Shown: piece by piece, positions 1 to 11,147 of the stretch
How the letters are laid out: the number at the start of each line of letters is the position of its first letter
Numbering within the stretch: the first letter of the stretch is position 1
From: Planktothrix tepida
GTDB lineage: Bacteria; Cyanobacteriota; Cyanobacteriia; Cyanobacteriales; Microcoleaceae
Direction: 5' to 3' (one strand)
DNA: 64,000 bases
Assembly (NCBI RefSeq): GCF_904830955.1
Contig: NZ_LR882970.1
Program-made: the position numbers and the translations under genes
Notes under the pieces: generated by a model
The model's database searches: none
What the model saw: the letters and a program-made list of their open reading frames with translations, nothing else
Told to the model about the DNA's origin: nothing

Positions 1-2017
1 TCAGCTAACGCCACTGCTAACCCTCCTTCGGCACAATCATGGGCCGATTGAATCCAACCTTGACGAATGCCTTCCCGACAAGCTGCTTGTACCTTTTGTT
101 CTAACTCAAAATCGACTCTGGGCGGTTTCCCTGCAATGGTTTGATGAACTACAGCCAGATATTCAGACGCTCCTAACGTAGGTAAGGTTTTGTCATCCCC
201 CAAAAGATAGATTAAATCCCCTGAATTTTGCCAAGCTTGGCCACAAATTTTCGTTAAATCTGAAATCAATCCCACCATTCCCACCACGGGAGTCGGATAA
301 ATGGCTTCAGGATTTCCTTCTGCATCAAGGGTTTCATTGTAAAGCGATACATTTCCCCCCGTTACGGGAGTATTAAACGCTTTACAGCCATCGGAAATTC
401 CCCGACAAGCTTCGGCTAACTGCCAATATCCGATGGGTTTTTCAGGGCTCCCAAAATTTAAGTTATCCGTCACCGCCACAGGTTCAGCCCCCACACAACT
501 TAAATTCCGGGCGGCTTCGGCTACTGTTGCTTTTGCTCCTTCGTAGGGGTCAAGATACACATACCGAGAGTTACAGTCTACCGTTGCGGCTAATCCCTTA
601 TTAACTGACCCTTGGAAATTTGGAACAGGTTCCAACGGCCTTAACCGAATCACCGCCGCATCTCCACCGCCAGGAACTAAAACGGTATTATTTTGAACTT
701 GATGATCATATTGACGATAAACCCAGCGTTTAGAGGCAATAGAAGGGGTATCTAATAACGTTAATAATACCTGATTCCACGATTGAAATTCGCCGTTAAT
801 TTCAAGTCCTAAAATTGTAGATTGAGGTAAAGATTCCGGTGTCCACTGCCATGCTTTTTGAGCATATTCTGGGGGTTCTGATAATATTTCTCGCGGATAT
901 AACGGCGTATTTTCTGCTAAAGCATCGGCTGGTATTTCCGCCGCAATTCCCCCTTTAAATAAAATTCTAACGATGGGTTCTGCAATGACTGTTCCTGCAA
1001 CAACCGCTTGCAATCCCCAACGATGGAAAATCTCAATTAACTCCGGTTCTCGTCCTTTTTGAGCCACAAATAACATTCGTTCTTGAGATTCCGATAATAG
1101 ATATTCATAGGGAACCATCCCCGTTTCTCGCACCGGAATTAAGTCTAAATCGAGTTCAATTCCGACCCCACCTTTTGCCGCCATTTCTGACGTTGAACAG
1201 GTAATTCCTGCGGCTCCCATATCTTGGGCTGCCACCACCGCCCCGGTTTTAAACGCTTCTAAACACGCTTCAACTAAAGACTTTTCTAAAAACGGATCTC
1301 CCACCTGTACTGCGGGGCGATCTTGTATTGATTCTTCGCTTAATTCAGCACTAGCAAAACTCGCGCCCCCCATGCCATCCCGCCCCGTTGTTGAACCTAC
1401 ATATAACACAGGATTTCCAATTCCTGAAGCTCCTGATTTAACGATTTCTGGGGTTTCCATTAACCCAATTGCCATCGCATTAACTAGGGGATTTCCATTA
1501 TAAGCCGGATCAAAATAAACCTCTCCTCCAACAGTCGGAACCCCGAAACAATTCCCGTAATTAGAGATACCTGAAACAACGCCTTTAAAGATTTGTCGAG
1601 TTCGGGAATCTTCTAAGGAACCAAACCGTAAAGAATTTAATGCAGCAATAGGACGCGCCCCCATTGTAAAGATATCCCTTAATATTCCTCCGACTCCTGT
1701 GGCGGCACCTTGGAAGGGTTCAATGGCTGAAGGGTGATTATGGGATTCGATTTTAAAGGCAATATGGAGTCCATCTCCAAAGTCTACAACTCCGGCATTT
1801 TCCCCAGGGCCAACTAATATTCTCTCTCCCGTCGTGGGAAATTGTTTGAGGAGGGGACGGGAATTTTTATAACAACAGTGTTCACTCCACATCACGCCAA
1901 ACATCCCCAATTCTGCTTGATTGGGGTGTCGTCCTAAGCGTCGGACTATTTCTTCATATTCTTCCGGTTTAATGCCTTCAGAGGCGATTTCTTCAGCAGA
2001 AAAGGGAGTATTGGTTT
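1..2017 (-). CDS. purL: Phosphoribosylformylglycinamidine synthase subunit PurL (FGAM synthase II). N-terminus is in the window; the C-terminus runs off the window start.
   Basis: Hand translation of the reverse strand from ATG (rc of 2015-2017) gives [60 protein letters not shown]...GENAGVVD...[25 protein letters not shown], typical PurL/AIR-synthase-related motifs. The frame stays open to position 1. Confidence 0.85.
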
Positions 2018-2368
2018 CGGTAGACATGGGTTAAGCGATCGCACTTTGCAGACAGCATTGTTTATTGTATAGCAAGGGAGAGGCAACAGGGAACAGGAAG
2101 GAAAACCTTCTGGGATAGCCCTACTTATTGTTTATTCTTACCGATAATATTTGTCCAAAGCTAATTAATATACTTCATCATGGCTACCAATATGTACAAA
2201 TACAGCCTTTTCATCTTCGGTAAAGTAGAACAATACCCAATAATACCCTGGCATCATAATCTATAATAAAACTCCAAAATTCTTTAAGCTTGCCCGATAG
2301 TTTATGCGTTTTTAAACTCGGATCGTAAGGATTGACTGCAAACTGTTCCAATTTCCCATAATTGCCTC

Positions 2369-2848
2369 ATGACCTTCCCCCAAATTAACAATTATTCCAT
2401 CCATCAATATTGGATGAATCAAGCGTTAGAATTAGCGCAACAAGCAGGAGAAGCCGGAGAAGTGCCCGTTGGAGCTATTATTATTAATCATAATAATCAA
2501 TTAATTGCCCAAGCTCAAAACCGCAAAGAACGAGACTTTGATCCGACGGCTCATGCAGAAATATTAGTGCTACGAGAAGCGGGAAAACAATTAAAAAATT
2601 GGCATCTCAATACTTGTACCCTCTATGTGACCCTAGAACCTTGTCCCATGTGTACCGGAGCCATTTTACAAGCTCGTTTAGGGTTACTGGTTTATGGCGC
2701 AGATGATCCTAAAACGGGTACTATCCGCACCGTTGCGAACCTTCCTGATAGTGCTTGTTCGTTTCATCGGTTATCGGTTTTAGGAGGAATATTAGAATCT
2801 TCCTGTCGTCAACAGTTACAAGCTTGGTTTGCTCAAAAACGCCATTGA
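2369..2848 (+). CDS. tadA: tRNA-specific adenosine deaminase (CMP/dCMP deaminase zinc-binding family)
   Basis: HAE...PCPMC zinc-binding deaminase motifs (TAHAEILVLREAG; LEPCPMCTGAI); 159 aa. Confidence 0.8.
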   Translation: MTFPQINNYSIHQYWMNQALELAQQAGEAGEVPVGAIIINHNNQLIAQAQNRKERDFDPTAHAEILVLREAGKQLKNWHLNTCTLYVTLEPCPMCTGAILQARLGLLVYGADDPKTGTIRTVANLPDSACSFHRLSVLGGILESSCRQQLQAWFAQKRH

Positions 2849-2938
2849 AAAGCTTTGCTGAACAGACAATAGAAAAACTGTCCTGAACCCCATAGATAAT
2901 CCCTTTTAAACTTTTTAATCTAAAGTTAAGAGGTTTAT

Positions 2939-3667
2939 TTGATCCAGAAAACCATTATGCTCATCCTTGACTCTCATCAATCTTCTGCAAAAATGTCCAT
3001 CCCGACAAAGGAAACACCCACTAATTCTGATGTTTCCCCCTGGTTAGCTTCCTTGGTTTACCCCTTGGGACGATATTTTGTTTTACCGTTCTATTTCAAA
3101 TCCCTGGAAGTCATTGGCCAAGAACATCTTCCCAAACAAGGCCCTGTTATCTTAGCACCCACCCATCGTTCTCGTTGGGATGCTTTGATCGTTCCCTTTG
3201 CGACGGGTCGCCATGTCACCGGACGAGATTTACGATTTATGGTGACAGTGGATGAAATGAAAGGACTCCAAGGCTGGTTTATTCGTCATTTAGGAGGGTT
3301 TGCAGTGAATCAAAAACACCCGACTATTGCCACCCTCCGTTATGGGTTAGAATTACTCCACCAAGGAGAAATGTTAGTGATTTTTCCAGAAGGTAATATT
3401 TTTCAGGATCATCAAGTTCACCCGCTCAAACCGGGACTTGCTCGTTTAGCACTACAAGCGGAAACCAGCTATCACAATTTAGGGATTAAAATTGTACCGA
3501 TGTCCTTACACTATGATCCGATTATCCCCCATCAAGGTGCTCGTGTTCAAGTTAGGATTGGTTCGCCCTTATCGGTTCTTGATTATTCTCAAGGTTCGAT
3601 TAAGAAAAATGCTCAATCTCTGATGCAAGATTTAGAATTTGCTCTCCATCAAATTGATCAGCAATAA
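2939..3667 (+). CDS. 1-acyl-sn-glycerol-3-phosphate (lysophospholipid) acyltransferase, PlsC family
   Basis: Acyltransferase block I H(x4)D (THRSRWD) and block III FPEG (FPEGNIF). Confidence 0.65.
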   Translation: MIQKTIMLILDSHQSSAKMSIPTKETPTNSDVSPWLASLVYPLGRYFVLPFYFKSLEVIGQEHLPKQGPVILAPTHRSRWDALIVPFATGRHVTGRDLRFMVTVDEMKGLQGWFIRHLGGFAVNQKHPTIATLRYGLELLHQGEMLVIFPEGNIFQDHQVHPLKPGLARLALQAETSYHNLGIKIVPMSLHYDPIIPHQGARVQVRIGSPLSVLDYSQGSIKKNAQSLMQDLEFALHQIDQQ

Positions 3668-3723
3668 CCGTTATAATCAAGATTAAGAGTCAGCCATATG
3701 TTGTTTGGATTAAATCAATACGA

Positions 3724-4164
3724 ATGAACTCTAGCTTGAATTTCCAGCCCGGTCAGATTGTGGGATTAAATCATCTCAACCGTTGTTTATATGCAGAAGT
3801 CATTCAAGTTGTCGAATTTCGGGGAGTGTGTTGGGTACGCCCTTTGATGTTAATTGAAAGGTTAGCCGATCAAGATCAAGGTGATTATTTGGATGTTCCT
3901 AATACCCCAGAATCCTTTATTTTGTACAATTTGCAACAAAGCCCTGATTTAATTTGGCCGACTCAGTTATTTAGAGCCGCTTTAGATACGGAGGTGATTC
4001 CCTTCTTAGCTCAGTTAGACGCTCCAGATGTCAATTTTCCGGGAATAAAACCCGTTAATGCTCGTTCTGCTCACCAACAATTGCGAGAGTTTATTCGTCA
4101 GGTTTGGCAAGCTTATCCTGATGTTTTTCAGTCTGTTGATCATCCTGAAGTTGATGTTAAATGA
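3724..4164 (+). CDS. Hypothetical protein
   Basis: 146-aa ORF, no recognisable motif. Confidence 0.4.
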   Translation: MNSSLNFQPGQIVGLNHLNRCLYAEVIQVVEFRGVCWVRPLMLIERLADQDQGDYLDVPNTPESFILYNLQQSPDLIWPTQLFRAALDTEVIPFLAQLDAPDVNFPGIKPVNARSAHQQLREFIRQVWQAYPDVFQSVDHPEVDVK

Positions 4165-4251
4165 ACTGAAAAACACGTTTAGTAAGCACCGTCAACCTAA
4201 TCGCTGAAAATATTTTATTTGGCTATATCAAAATTTTAAACCGTGAACTCA

Positions 4252-4446
4252 TTAATGGCTAGAAATTAACCGAATACGACCTGCATCCATTTCTTCCATT
4301 AAGAGTTCTAAGGCTTCATAATCCACATCTGAAATATAACCGAGTCGGGTTAACTCAGTGTTAATCGCATTCTCAATTTCAGGGGTCAGACATTTGAAAT
4401 AGAGTGCTTTTTCAACCAATTTACGAATCATATTCGTTGCTGACAT
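4252..4446 (-). CDS. Small hypothetical protein (64 aa)
   Basis: ORF only; acidic helical sequence. Could be spurious. Confidence 0.25.
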   Translation of the reverse strand: MSATNMIRKLVEKALYFKCLTPEIENAINTELTRLGYISDVDYEALELLMEEMDAGRIRLISSH

Positions 4447-4918
4447 GGCAGGTACAGAGAACTCAGATAGCTTTATTGTCTTATAAACTGTTATTTTGAC
4501 TTGTGATCACATCCTTTGATTCTGCGTGATCCCTATCACTTAATTTTCAGGAACTTTATTGATAGTTATTCTGTCCCCAATCCATCCTTCTTAAGGAATA
4601 TTTTTTAGTGTCATTGGATACATTTTACTTAAAATCTAGCTTCAAAAATTAATCGGTCTTTTGTTTCGGTAACAACTATTTTATGACACTTGAGGCTCGA
4701 AATTGCTGTATTAATTGTTACTCTTTTCTGTAAAAGAAAAACGGTACTCTAGCCTAGTCTTATTACCCAATCAGTCTGATCACAACTCCTACTGAAAACA
4801 ATAACATCCTGATTTCGGTAACATTTATACTTTCTGGTCTAGGTTAACCCCTCAGTTTCTGCTACAATGAGCCAGTAGAATTATCGATTAAAACCTTAAA
4901 GATTGTCCTTTTATACAG

Positions 4919-7591
4919 GTGAGGTTGACTTTGGCAGTCGCAGTAGAACAACTGATTACACCGGAAATTCACCAACCTGCACGTTATTTGGGTCAGGAGT
5001 TAGGCGCGAAACGCAAACCTTGGGAGTCCGCCATTGTGCGTTGGTCGTTGACCTATCCTGAAGTTTATGAGGTGGGAGTCTCTAATTTGGGCCATGTTAT
5101 TCTCTACAATATTTTAAACACTCAACCTCGGCAATTATGCGATCGCGCCTATCTCCCGGCACCGGACTTTGCTAAAAAATTACGCGACACCCAAACCCCT
5201 CTATTTGCTGTTGAGTCCCGTCGCTCTTTAATTGATTTTGATATCTTAGGATTTAGCCTCAGCTACGAATTAGGGGCAACCAATATCCTAGAAATGTTAG
5301 ATTTGGCTGAAATTCCTTTAACCTGGAAAGAGCGACAAAATTATTCGGTTTGGGCTAATGAAAACGAAGCTACTCAACGCCATTATCCGTTAATTTTTGC
5401 GGGAGGACAAACGGCAACTTCTAACCCTGAACCCTACGCTGATTTTTTTGATTTTATTGCTTTAGGAGATGGCGAAGAATTATTACCCGAAATCGGATTA
5501 ATTATTGAAGAAGGCAATAAAAATAACTTAAATCGAGAAGAAGTTTTATTAGATTTAGCGCAAATTCCAGGGGTCTATGTTCCCCAATTTTATCAGATGG
5601 CAGAAGATGGTTCTGTTCATCCCTTACGGGCTGATGTTCCAACTCAAATTTTAAGACGGGTTGCGGCACCAATGCCCGCTTATTCAATTAAATTTGTCCC
5701 CTATGTCCAAACAGTTCATGATCGATTAGTGATTGAAGTTCGACGGGGTTGTACAAGGGGATGTCGCTTTTGTCAACCCGGAATGTTAACCCGTCCGGCG
5801 CGAGATGTGGAACCGGAAGCGGTGATTCAAACCGTTGAAAAAGGCATGAAAGAAACGGGTTACAATGAATTTTCTTTATTATCTTTGAGTTGTTCCGATT
5901 ATTTATCCTTACCCTCGGTGGGAATGGAAATTAAAAACCGCCTCAAAGATTACAATGTTAATTTAGCTTTACCGAGTCAACGGGTGGATCGCTTTGATGA
6001 AAATATTGCTAATATTATTGGGGGAACTCGACAAAGTGGGTTAACCTTTGCGCCTGAAGCCGGAACTCAACGGATGCGAGATATTATTAATAAAGGGTTA
6101 ACTAATGAAGAATTATTAAAGGGAGTTAAAACCGCCTTTGAGCAAGGGTGGGATAAAATTAAACTCTATTTTATGATCGGTTTACCCGGAGAAACCGATG
6201 CCGATATATTAGGAATAGCCGAAACCGTTGCTTGGTTACAACGAGAATGTTCGGCTCAAGATCGCAGAAAATTAAGCTTTAATTTAACGATTTCTAACTT
6301 TACCCCCAAACCTCACACCCCGTTTCAATGGCATTCCGTTTCAACCACAGAATTTGAACGGAAACAAAAATTATTAAGGCATGAATTTCGCCGGATGAAA
6401 GGGGTGAAAGCGAATTTTACTGATGTTAGAATATCAGCAATGGAGGATTTTGTCGGTCGAGGCGATCGCCGTTTAGGATCAGTTGTTCGTAGAGCTTGGG
6501 AACTCGGCGCGGGAATGGACTCCTGGTGGGAAAGTTTAGATCGGGCGTTTGGTGCTTGGACACAAGCGATAGAAGAAGCGGGTTTAAGTTGGAAATATCG
6601 TCAAGTTGAAAGCGGAGAATGGAGTTTAATCCAATCTGTAGAAACCCATGAAAACCCCGTAGAGGCGCGCCATGGCGCGTCTCTACAGATGGATCAAACT
6701 TTATTAGATCAGCCGTTACCTTGGGATCATATTAATAGTGGGATTGAAAAAGATTGGTTAAAAGCAGATTTAAAACGGGCGTTAGAAGCGGCGACTGTTC
6801 CTGATTGTTCTTTTGAGAGTTGTTCCCATTGTGGCGTTTGTGGAACTGATTTTGGTCATAATATTGTCATAGAACCTCCAGCTATTCCTAAATTTTCTGG
6901 TGAATTTATTCCCAATTCTCAAAAAGTCCAACGGTTAAGAGTTTGGTTTGGCAAATTAGGGGATATGGCTTTAGTCGGTCATTTGGATTTATTAAAATTA
7001 TTAGATCGGGCGGTTCGTCGTGCTTCCCTTCCCCTGGCTTTTACCGCCGGATATCGTCCTAGTCCGCGAATTTCTATTGCTTATGCCTTACCATTAGGGG
7101 CAACCAGTAGCGGAGAAATTGTTGATTTTGAATTAACAGAATTCATTGATTTAGAAGAATTTCGCCAAAAATTAGCCGAAGGTTTACCCGAAACAATACC
7201 CCTATATTCTATCCAAAATATTCCAGTCAATGCTCCTTCCTTAACGGATGTTGTTAAACAAGCAGAATATCATTTAACCGTCCAGTGGAAATCCGAAACT
7301 GGAAATTCACCCCTATGGTTAGAGTGGATAAATCGCGTTAAATCTACATCAGAAATTCTATGGGAAAAAACCACAAAATCAGGGAAAAAGAAATTAATCA
7401 ATTTACGAGAACAGTTACAGGAACTGGATATTATTTCCCCCAAAGGGACAGTGCTGCGTTATGTCGGAACTTGTCTTAATGATGGGACACAACTGCGACC
7501 GGAACATATTATTGAGATGTTAGAACAAGTGACTCACCAAGAGTTTCAATTGTTGCACATCCACCGTCAGCAGCTTTTAACCCACGACTAA
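4919..7591 (+). CDS. Fused radical SAM protein (TIGR03960-type radical SAM domain + DUF2344/TIGR03936-like C-terminal domain); apparent GTG start
   Basis: CxxxCxxC radical SAM cluster motif (RRGCTRGCRFCQPG); 890 aa; domain order typical of the cyanobacterial fused rSAM family. Confidence 0.7.
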   Translation: MRLTLAVAVEQLITPEIHQPARYLGQELGAKRKPWESAIVRWSLTYPEVYEVGVSNLGHVILYNILNTQPRQLCDRAYLPAPDFAKKLRDTQTPLFAVESRRSLIDFDILGFSLSYELGATNILEMLDLAEIPLTWKERQNYSVWANENEATQRHYPLIFAGGQTATSNPEPYADFFDFIALGDGEELLPEIGLIIEEGNKNNLNREEVLLDLAQIPGVYVPQFYQMAEDGSVHPLRADVPTQILRRVAAPMPAYSIKFVPYVQTVHDRLVIEVRRGCTRGCRFCQPGMLTRPARDVEPEAVIQTVEKGMKETGYNEFSLLSLSCSDYLSLPSVGMEIKNRLKDYNVNLALPSQRVDRFDENIANIIGGTRQSGLTFAPEAGTQRMRDIINKGLTNEELLKGVKTAFEQGWDKIKLYFMIGLPGETDADILGIAETVAWLQRECSAQDRRKLSFNLTISNFTPKPHTPFQWHSVSTTEFERKQKLLRHEFRRMKGVKANFTDVRISAMEDFVGRGDRRLGSVVRRAWELGAGMDSWWESLDRAFGAWTQAIEEAGLSWKYRQVESGEWSLIQSVETHENPVEARHGASLQMDQTLLDQPLPWDHINSGIEKDWLKADLKRALEAATVPDCSFESCSHCGVCGTDFGHNIVIEPPAIPKFSGEFIPNSQKVQRLRVWFGKLGDMALVGHLDLLKLLDRAVRRASLPLAFTAGYRPSPRISIAYALPLGATSSGEIVDFELTEFIDLEEFRQKLAEGLPETIPLYSIQNIPVNAPSLTDVVKQAEYHLTVQWKSETGNSPLWLEWINRVKSTSEILWEKTTKSGKKKLINLREQLQELDIISPKGTVLRYVGTCLNDGTQLRPEHIIEMLEQVTHQEFQLLHIHRQQLLTHD

Positions 7592-8830
7592 CAAAGTTCT
7601 ACGGACTGAGAAAATTTGCATTTTATCCAGTGTTATAATACAATTCGGTAAGCCAAGTTTTGTGGCGTAGAGGCGGGTTCGTCCAGATCTAGGCTACAAA
7701 CCGACAATATTGCTAAACCCACCTGGATTCAGCTAGGGTTGTCAGAATCAAAAAATGCAGGCTGACGCTAAAATAAACTCAATCAAAAGTGTTCATTGAA
7801 CAAAAGCTACTGCTATCTCTCAACGCTGAGGAAGAAGTAGACCGAAGGGTTATCGACTTACGCCAAAGTCACCTTGATGGCTGACGACAGTTGTATAAAA
7901 CCCGATCCTCATTTAGAAAGGATGGGAAAACATTGGACAACTCTTTGTCAATTGATAATCAATAGATAGTCAAGAATCAAGGGTTTAGAAAGGTTGAGCT
8001 TTGAAACCCCAACCTACTTTTAGGAGTAGCGTACCTGTCCCTTGGGCGGTTGAGAAATCCAGAAACCTTAATGTTGCTGAAAGTTAGGGAAATCAGGAAG
8101 AAAGTAGCGGAGTCTCGTGTGGGAACATTCGCTTTCTTGAATAGAACTAGGGGGAAGGTTGTTCCAAGGTTAAGCCTGTAGAGAATCATCTTTGATGGGA
8201 ATACCGACTGAGAAGGATCTTAATACAGGAAAAAATTGGGTCAATATCCAAAATTATCCTAGGGTTGCAGTAGCTCAAATTCAATTCATTTGATTTGCAA
8301 TGTGGCATCTGTTTGTGCCAGTATTTGACAATAAAACTTTCTCTGGTATATGTCTTAAGACCAGAACAAAACAAACTTACCTGAAGGGCCTAGGTTTAAG
8401 TCCAGTTCAGTGAGGATTAGGGGATATTGTGTAGCTTAGACCGTGCGATCTAAGCTGTACGCTCTAAAAAACTTTTGAGAAGGCGGATACGGTGTGCTGA
8501 GTCTGTCAAGAGGGAAACCCCTGTCAAACCCAAGTATCGTTTTAGACAGAAAATGATGAAGGCTAACGGATAACAAATAACCTGCTTTCATTTCAGTTGC
8601 CCATAACGGTTTAAGGCTGACGGTTGATGGATTTTTGCGATGGGATTAGGTTAGGTATTAACTGTTATTTTTAAACAATCACTCACCTAATTTCCTCCGG
8701 CTTCCTGTCTTCAGTTTTTAGTCTTCCTAAAGGGCGACAATTCGCATTAATAGATTTACTAATCACGTCAATATTGCGAGGTACACGCAACGTAGGTGCC
8801 TTCAATATGACTCAGTTTTGAGGGAATTGA
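7592..8830 (+). promoter_or_regulatory. About 1.2 kb non-coding region immediately upstream of rne. Probably the promoter plus a long structured 5' leader of RNase E mRNA (autoregulatory 5'UTR); it could instead hold an independent sRNA.
   Basis: No credible ORF on either strand (only 62-70 aa shadow ORFs). rne 5'UTRs are long and autoregulated in cyanobacteria and enterobacteria. Confidence 0.4.
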
Positions 8831-11092
8831 ATGTCAAAACAAATTATTATCGCAGAACAACAACGCATCGCGGCGGTTTTTTCAGAAGATCAAATTCAAG
8901 AACTGGTTGTAGCGACCGGAAATCACCAAGTCAGTGATATTTATCTGGGTATCGTTGAAAATGTCCTACCAGGGATTGATGCAGCATTTGTCAATATTGG
9001 AGATCCTGAGCGCAATGGATTTATCCATGTTTCCGATTTAGGGCCATTACGATTAAAACGAACGTCTGGTTCCATCACCGAATTATTAACCCCCCAGCAA
9101 AAAGTGCTGGTACAGGTGATGAAGGAACCGACGGGAACTAAAGGCCCCCGGTTAACTGGAAATATTTCCTTACCCGGACGGTATTTAGTGTTAATGCCTT
9201 ATGGCAGGGGGGTAAATTTATCTCGGCGCATTCGTTCAGAAACAGAACGCAACCGTTTAAGGGCTTTAGCAATTTTAATTAAACCCTCTGGAATGGGGTT
9301 ATTGGTGCGGACAGAAGCCGAAGGCATGGCTGAAGATGCGATTTTAGAAGATTTAGAAAGTCTGCAAAAACAATGGGAAGTGATTCAACAAGAAGCTCAA
9401 TCTTCCCGCCCTCCGGCTTTGTTAAATCGAGATAATGACTTTATTCAACGGGTGCTGCGAGATATGTACAGCACCGAAGTTAACCGAATTGTGGTGGATA
9501 ACAGCCCGGCGGTTAAGCGGGTCAAACAACATTTGATGAATTGGAGCGTCGGAAAAGCACCTCAAGGGGTCTTAATTGATCACCACCGGGAACGAATTCC
9601 GATTTTAGAGTATTTCCGAGTTAATGCAGCCATTCGAGAAGCCTTAAGACCCAGAGTTGATTTACCATCAGGCGGTTATATTATCATTGAACCGACGGAA
9701 GCTTTAACGGTGATTGATGTTAACTCTGGCTCCTTTACCCGTTCGGCGACATCACGAGAAACCGTGTTATGGACAAATTGTGAAGCCGCCACGGAAATTG
9801 CCCGTCAATTGAGGTTACGCAATATTGCTGGGGTGATTATTGTGGACTTCATTGATATGGATTCCCGGCGAGATCAATTACAAGTCTTGGAACATTTTAA
9901 TAAAGTTCTCAAAGCCGATAAAGCCCGACCCCAAATTGCTCAATTATCGGAATTAGGGTTAGTAGAATTAACCCGTAAACGCCAAGGCCAAAATATTTAT
10001 GAGTTGTTTGGGCGAACCTGTGCCACCTGTGGCGGTTTAGGTCATACCGTTCATCTACCGGGAGAAATTGAACTCGAAATCGGAGAACCCCCCGCCGAAC
10101 GAGTTGTCCTCACCAATAATCGGATTGTTCCGCCACCAGCCAGTAGTGAATCCCCAGAACGACCTAGTTTACGCACTCCGATTTCCCCCTATGAACCCAC
10201 TTCTCGGGAAGAACCCGAAGTCGTTGAATTTGATGCGTCTAATAATTTCCAAGAGTTAGAACTGCTCAACCATCCCAGTTATCAAGATATTGGAACCAGT
10301 AACGCCCGTCGCCGCCGTCGTCGAATTCGGGATATGGATTCGTTAACGCGAGATGAAGAAACCCCCCGGACTTCCCTGCGGATGTCTCCTCCGGTTCAAT
10401 ATGGCGAGTCTCGTTCGGATATGGGGGGATTCAGTGAAGGGTTCTCCGCCCGAAGCGGATTCAGTGAACGCAGTCGTCCCACAAAATCCGAAATTATTAA
10501 ACCGCCTGTGGAACCCCCGGAAGTTGTTTCGGTGGAAATGACCCCAGAAGAGCAGGAAATGTATGCGTTGATGGGGATTTCTCCCTTGATGCTCTCCCAT
10601 CAACAGGTGAAAAACCCTCGTTCGGTGATTGTTACCGTTCGTTCCCCTGGGGAAGCCCCCGTGTCTCCCTCAACCCTCATCGATGAAGACTATGACGAAC
10701 CCGACATTCCTGGGATTTCCATAGGGGTCACAGACCGGATTATTCCTGAACGGACGATTTCTGAACGGATTATTCCTGAACGGACGATTTCTGAACGGAT
10801 TATCCCCGAACGGTCGATTTCTGAACGGATTATCCCCGAACGGTCGATTTCTGAGCGGATTATTCCCGAACGGACGATTTCTGAACGGATTATCCCCGAA
10901 CGGTCGATTTCTGAGCGGATTATTCTGGAACGAGAAACACCAGAAGTTGAAGAACCGGAACCCACCCCAGAATTTTCTATTTTGGAAACCGATAATGAGG
11001 ATTTCTCAGAAGAGTCTTCTGACTCAGACCATGAACCGGGTGAACCCATTATTCGTCGCCGTCGCCGTCGGTCTTCTGCGGTTACAGAGTAA
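8831..11092 (+). CDS. rne: Ribonuclease E (cyanobacterial type: S1 domain + catalytic domain + Arg-rich non-catalytic C-terminus)
   Basis: N-terminal S1/5'-sensor/DNase-I-like catalytic region (VDNSPAV...IIIEPTEALTVIDVNSG...ARQLRLRNIAGVIIVDFIDM). Zn-link CxxC (CATCGG). Arg-rich segments ARRRRRRIRD, and the terminal RRRRRRSSA nonapeptide that recruits PNPase in cyanobacteria. Confidence 0.9.
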   Translation: MSKQIIIAEQQRIAAVFSEDQIQELVVATGNHQVSDIYLGIVENVLPGIDAAFVNIGDPERNGFIHVSDLGPLRLKRTSGSITELLTPQQKVLVQVMKEPTGTKGPRLTGNISLPGRYLVLMPYGRGVNLSRRIRSETERNRLRALAILIKPSGMGLLVRTEAEGMAEDAILEDLESLQKQWEVIQQEAQSSRPPALLNRDNDFIQRVLRDMYSTEVNRIVVDNSPAVKRVKQHLMNWSVGKAPQGVLIDHHRERIPILEYFRVNAAIREALRPRVDLPSGGYIIIEPTEALTVIDVNSGSFTRSATSRETVLWTNCEAATEIARQLRLRNIAGVIIVDFIDMDSRRDQLQVLEHFNKVLKADKARPQIAQLSELGLVELTRKRQGQNIYELFGRTCATCGGLGHTVHLPGEIELEIGEPPAERVVLTNNRIVPPPASSESPERPSLRTPISPYEPTSREEPEVVEFDASNNFQELELLNHPSYQDIGTSNARRRRRRIRDMDSLTRDEETPRTSLRMSPPVQYGESRSDMGGFSEGFSARSGFSERSRPTKSEIIKPPVEPPEVVSVEMTPEEQEMYALMGISPLMLSHQQVKNPRSVIVTVRSPGEAPVSPSTLIDEDYDEPDIPGISIGVTDRIIPERTISERIIPERTISERIIPERSISERIIPERSISERIIPERTISERIIPERSISERIILERETPEVEEPEPTPEFSILETDNEDFSEESSDSDHEPGEPIIRRRRRRSSAVTE
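10736..10935 (+). repeat. In-frame tandem repeat inside the rne C-terminal region: 30-nt unit (cggattattcctgaacggacgatttctgaa) x ~6.5. It encodes RIIPER(T/S)ISE decapeptide repeats.
   Basis: Direct reading: units at 10736, 10766, 10796, 10826, 10856, 10886 and a partial unit at 10916; only T/S and synonymous differences between units. Confidence 0.9.
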
Positions 11093-11147
11093 GCTGTCCT
11101 TTTCCAACAAACTCAGCGTTGAAATCGCCTCTAAGGGTTAGAGGCTA

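Noticed and set aside
7977-8374. ORFs 7977-8189(-) and 8186-8374(-) in the rne upstream region
   Set aside because: Short, no SD, odd composition. They are inside the presumed non-coding leader.
8519-8543. Partial resemblance to the PetR-like motif (gtcaagagggaaacccctgtcaaac)
   Set aside because: Half-site spacing differs from the two clear copies and the sequence is far from any gene start. Likely coincidence.
7592-8830. Looked for a tRNA, RNase P RNA (GAGGAAAGTCCGGGCTCC / ACAGAACCCGGCTTA boxes), tmRNA or 6S RNA in the long rne upstream region
   Set aside because: No conserved boxes are present. No cloverleaf with a T-loop GTTCRANYC and matching acceptor stem could be built, only partial look-alikes such as ggcgggttcgtcc.
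10343-11049. ORFs 10343-10603(-), 10353-10541(+), 10690-11049(-) and 10947-11141(+) inside rne
   Set aside because: These are shadow ORFs on alternative frames or strands of the rne coding region, generated largely by the 30-nt repeat. rne on the + strand has clear homology.
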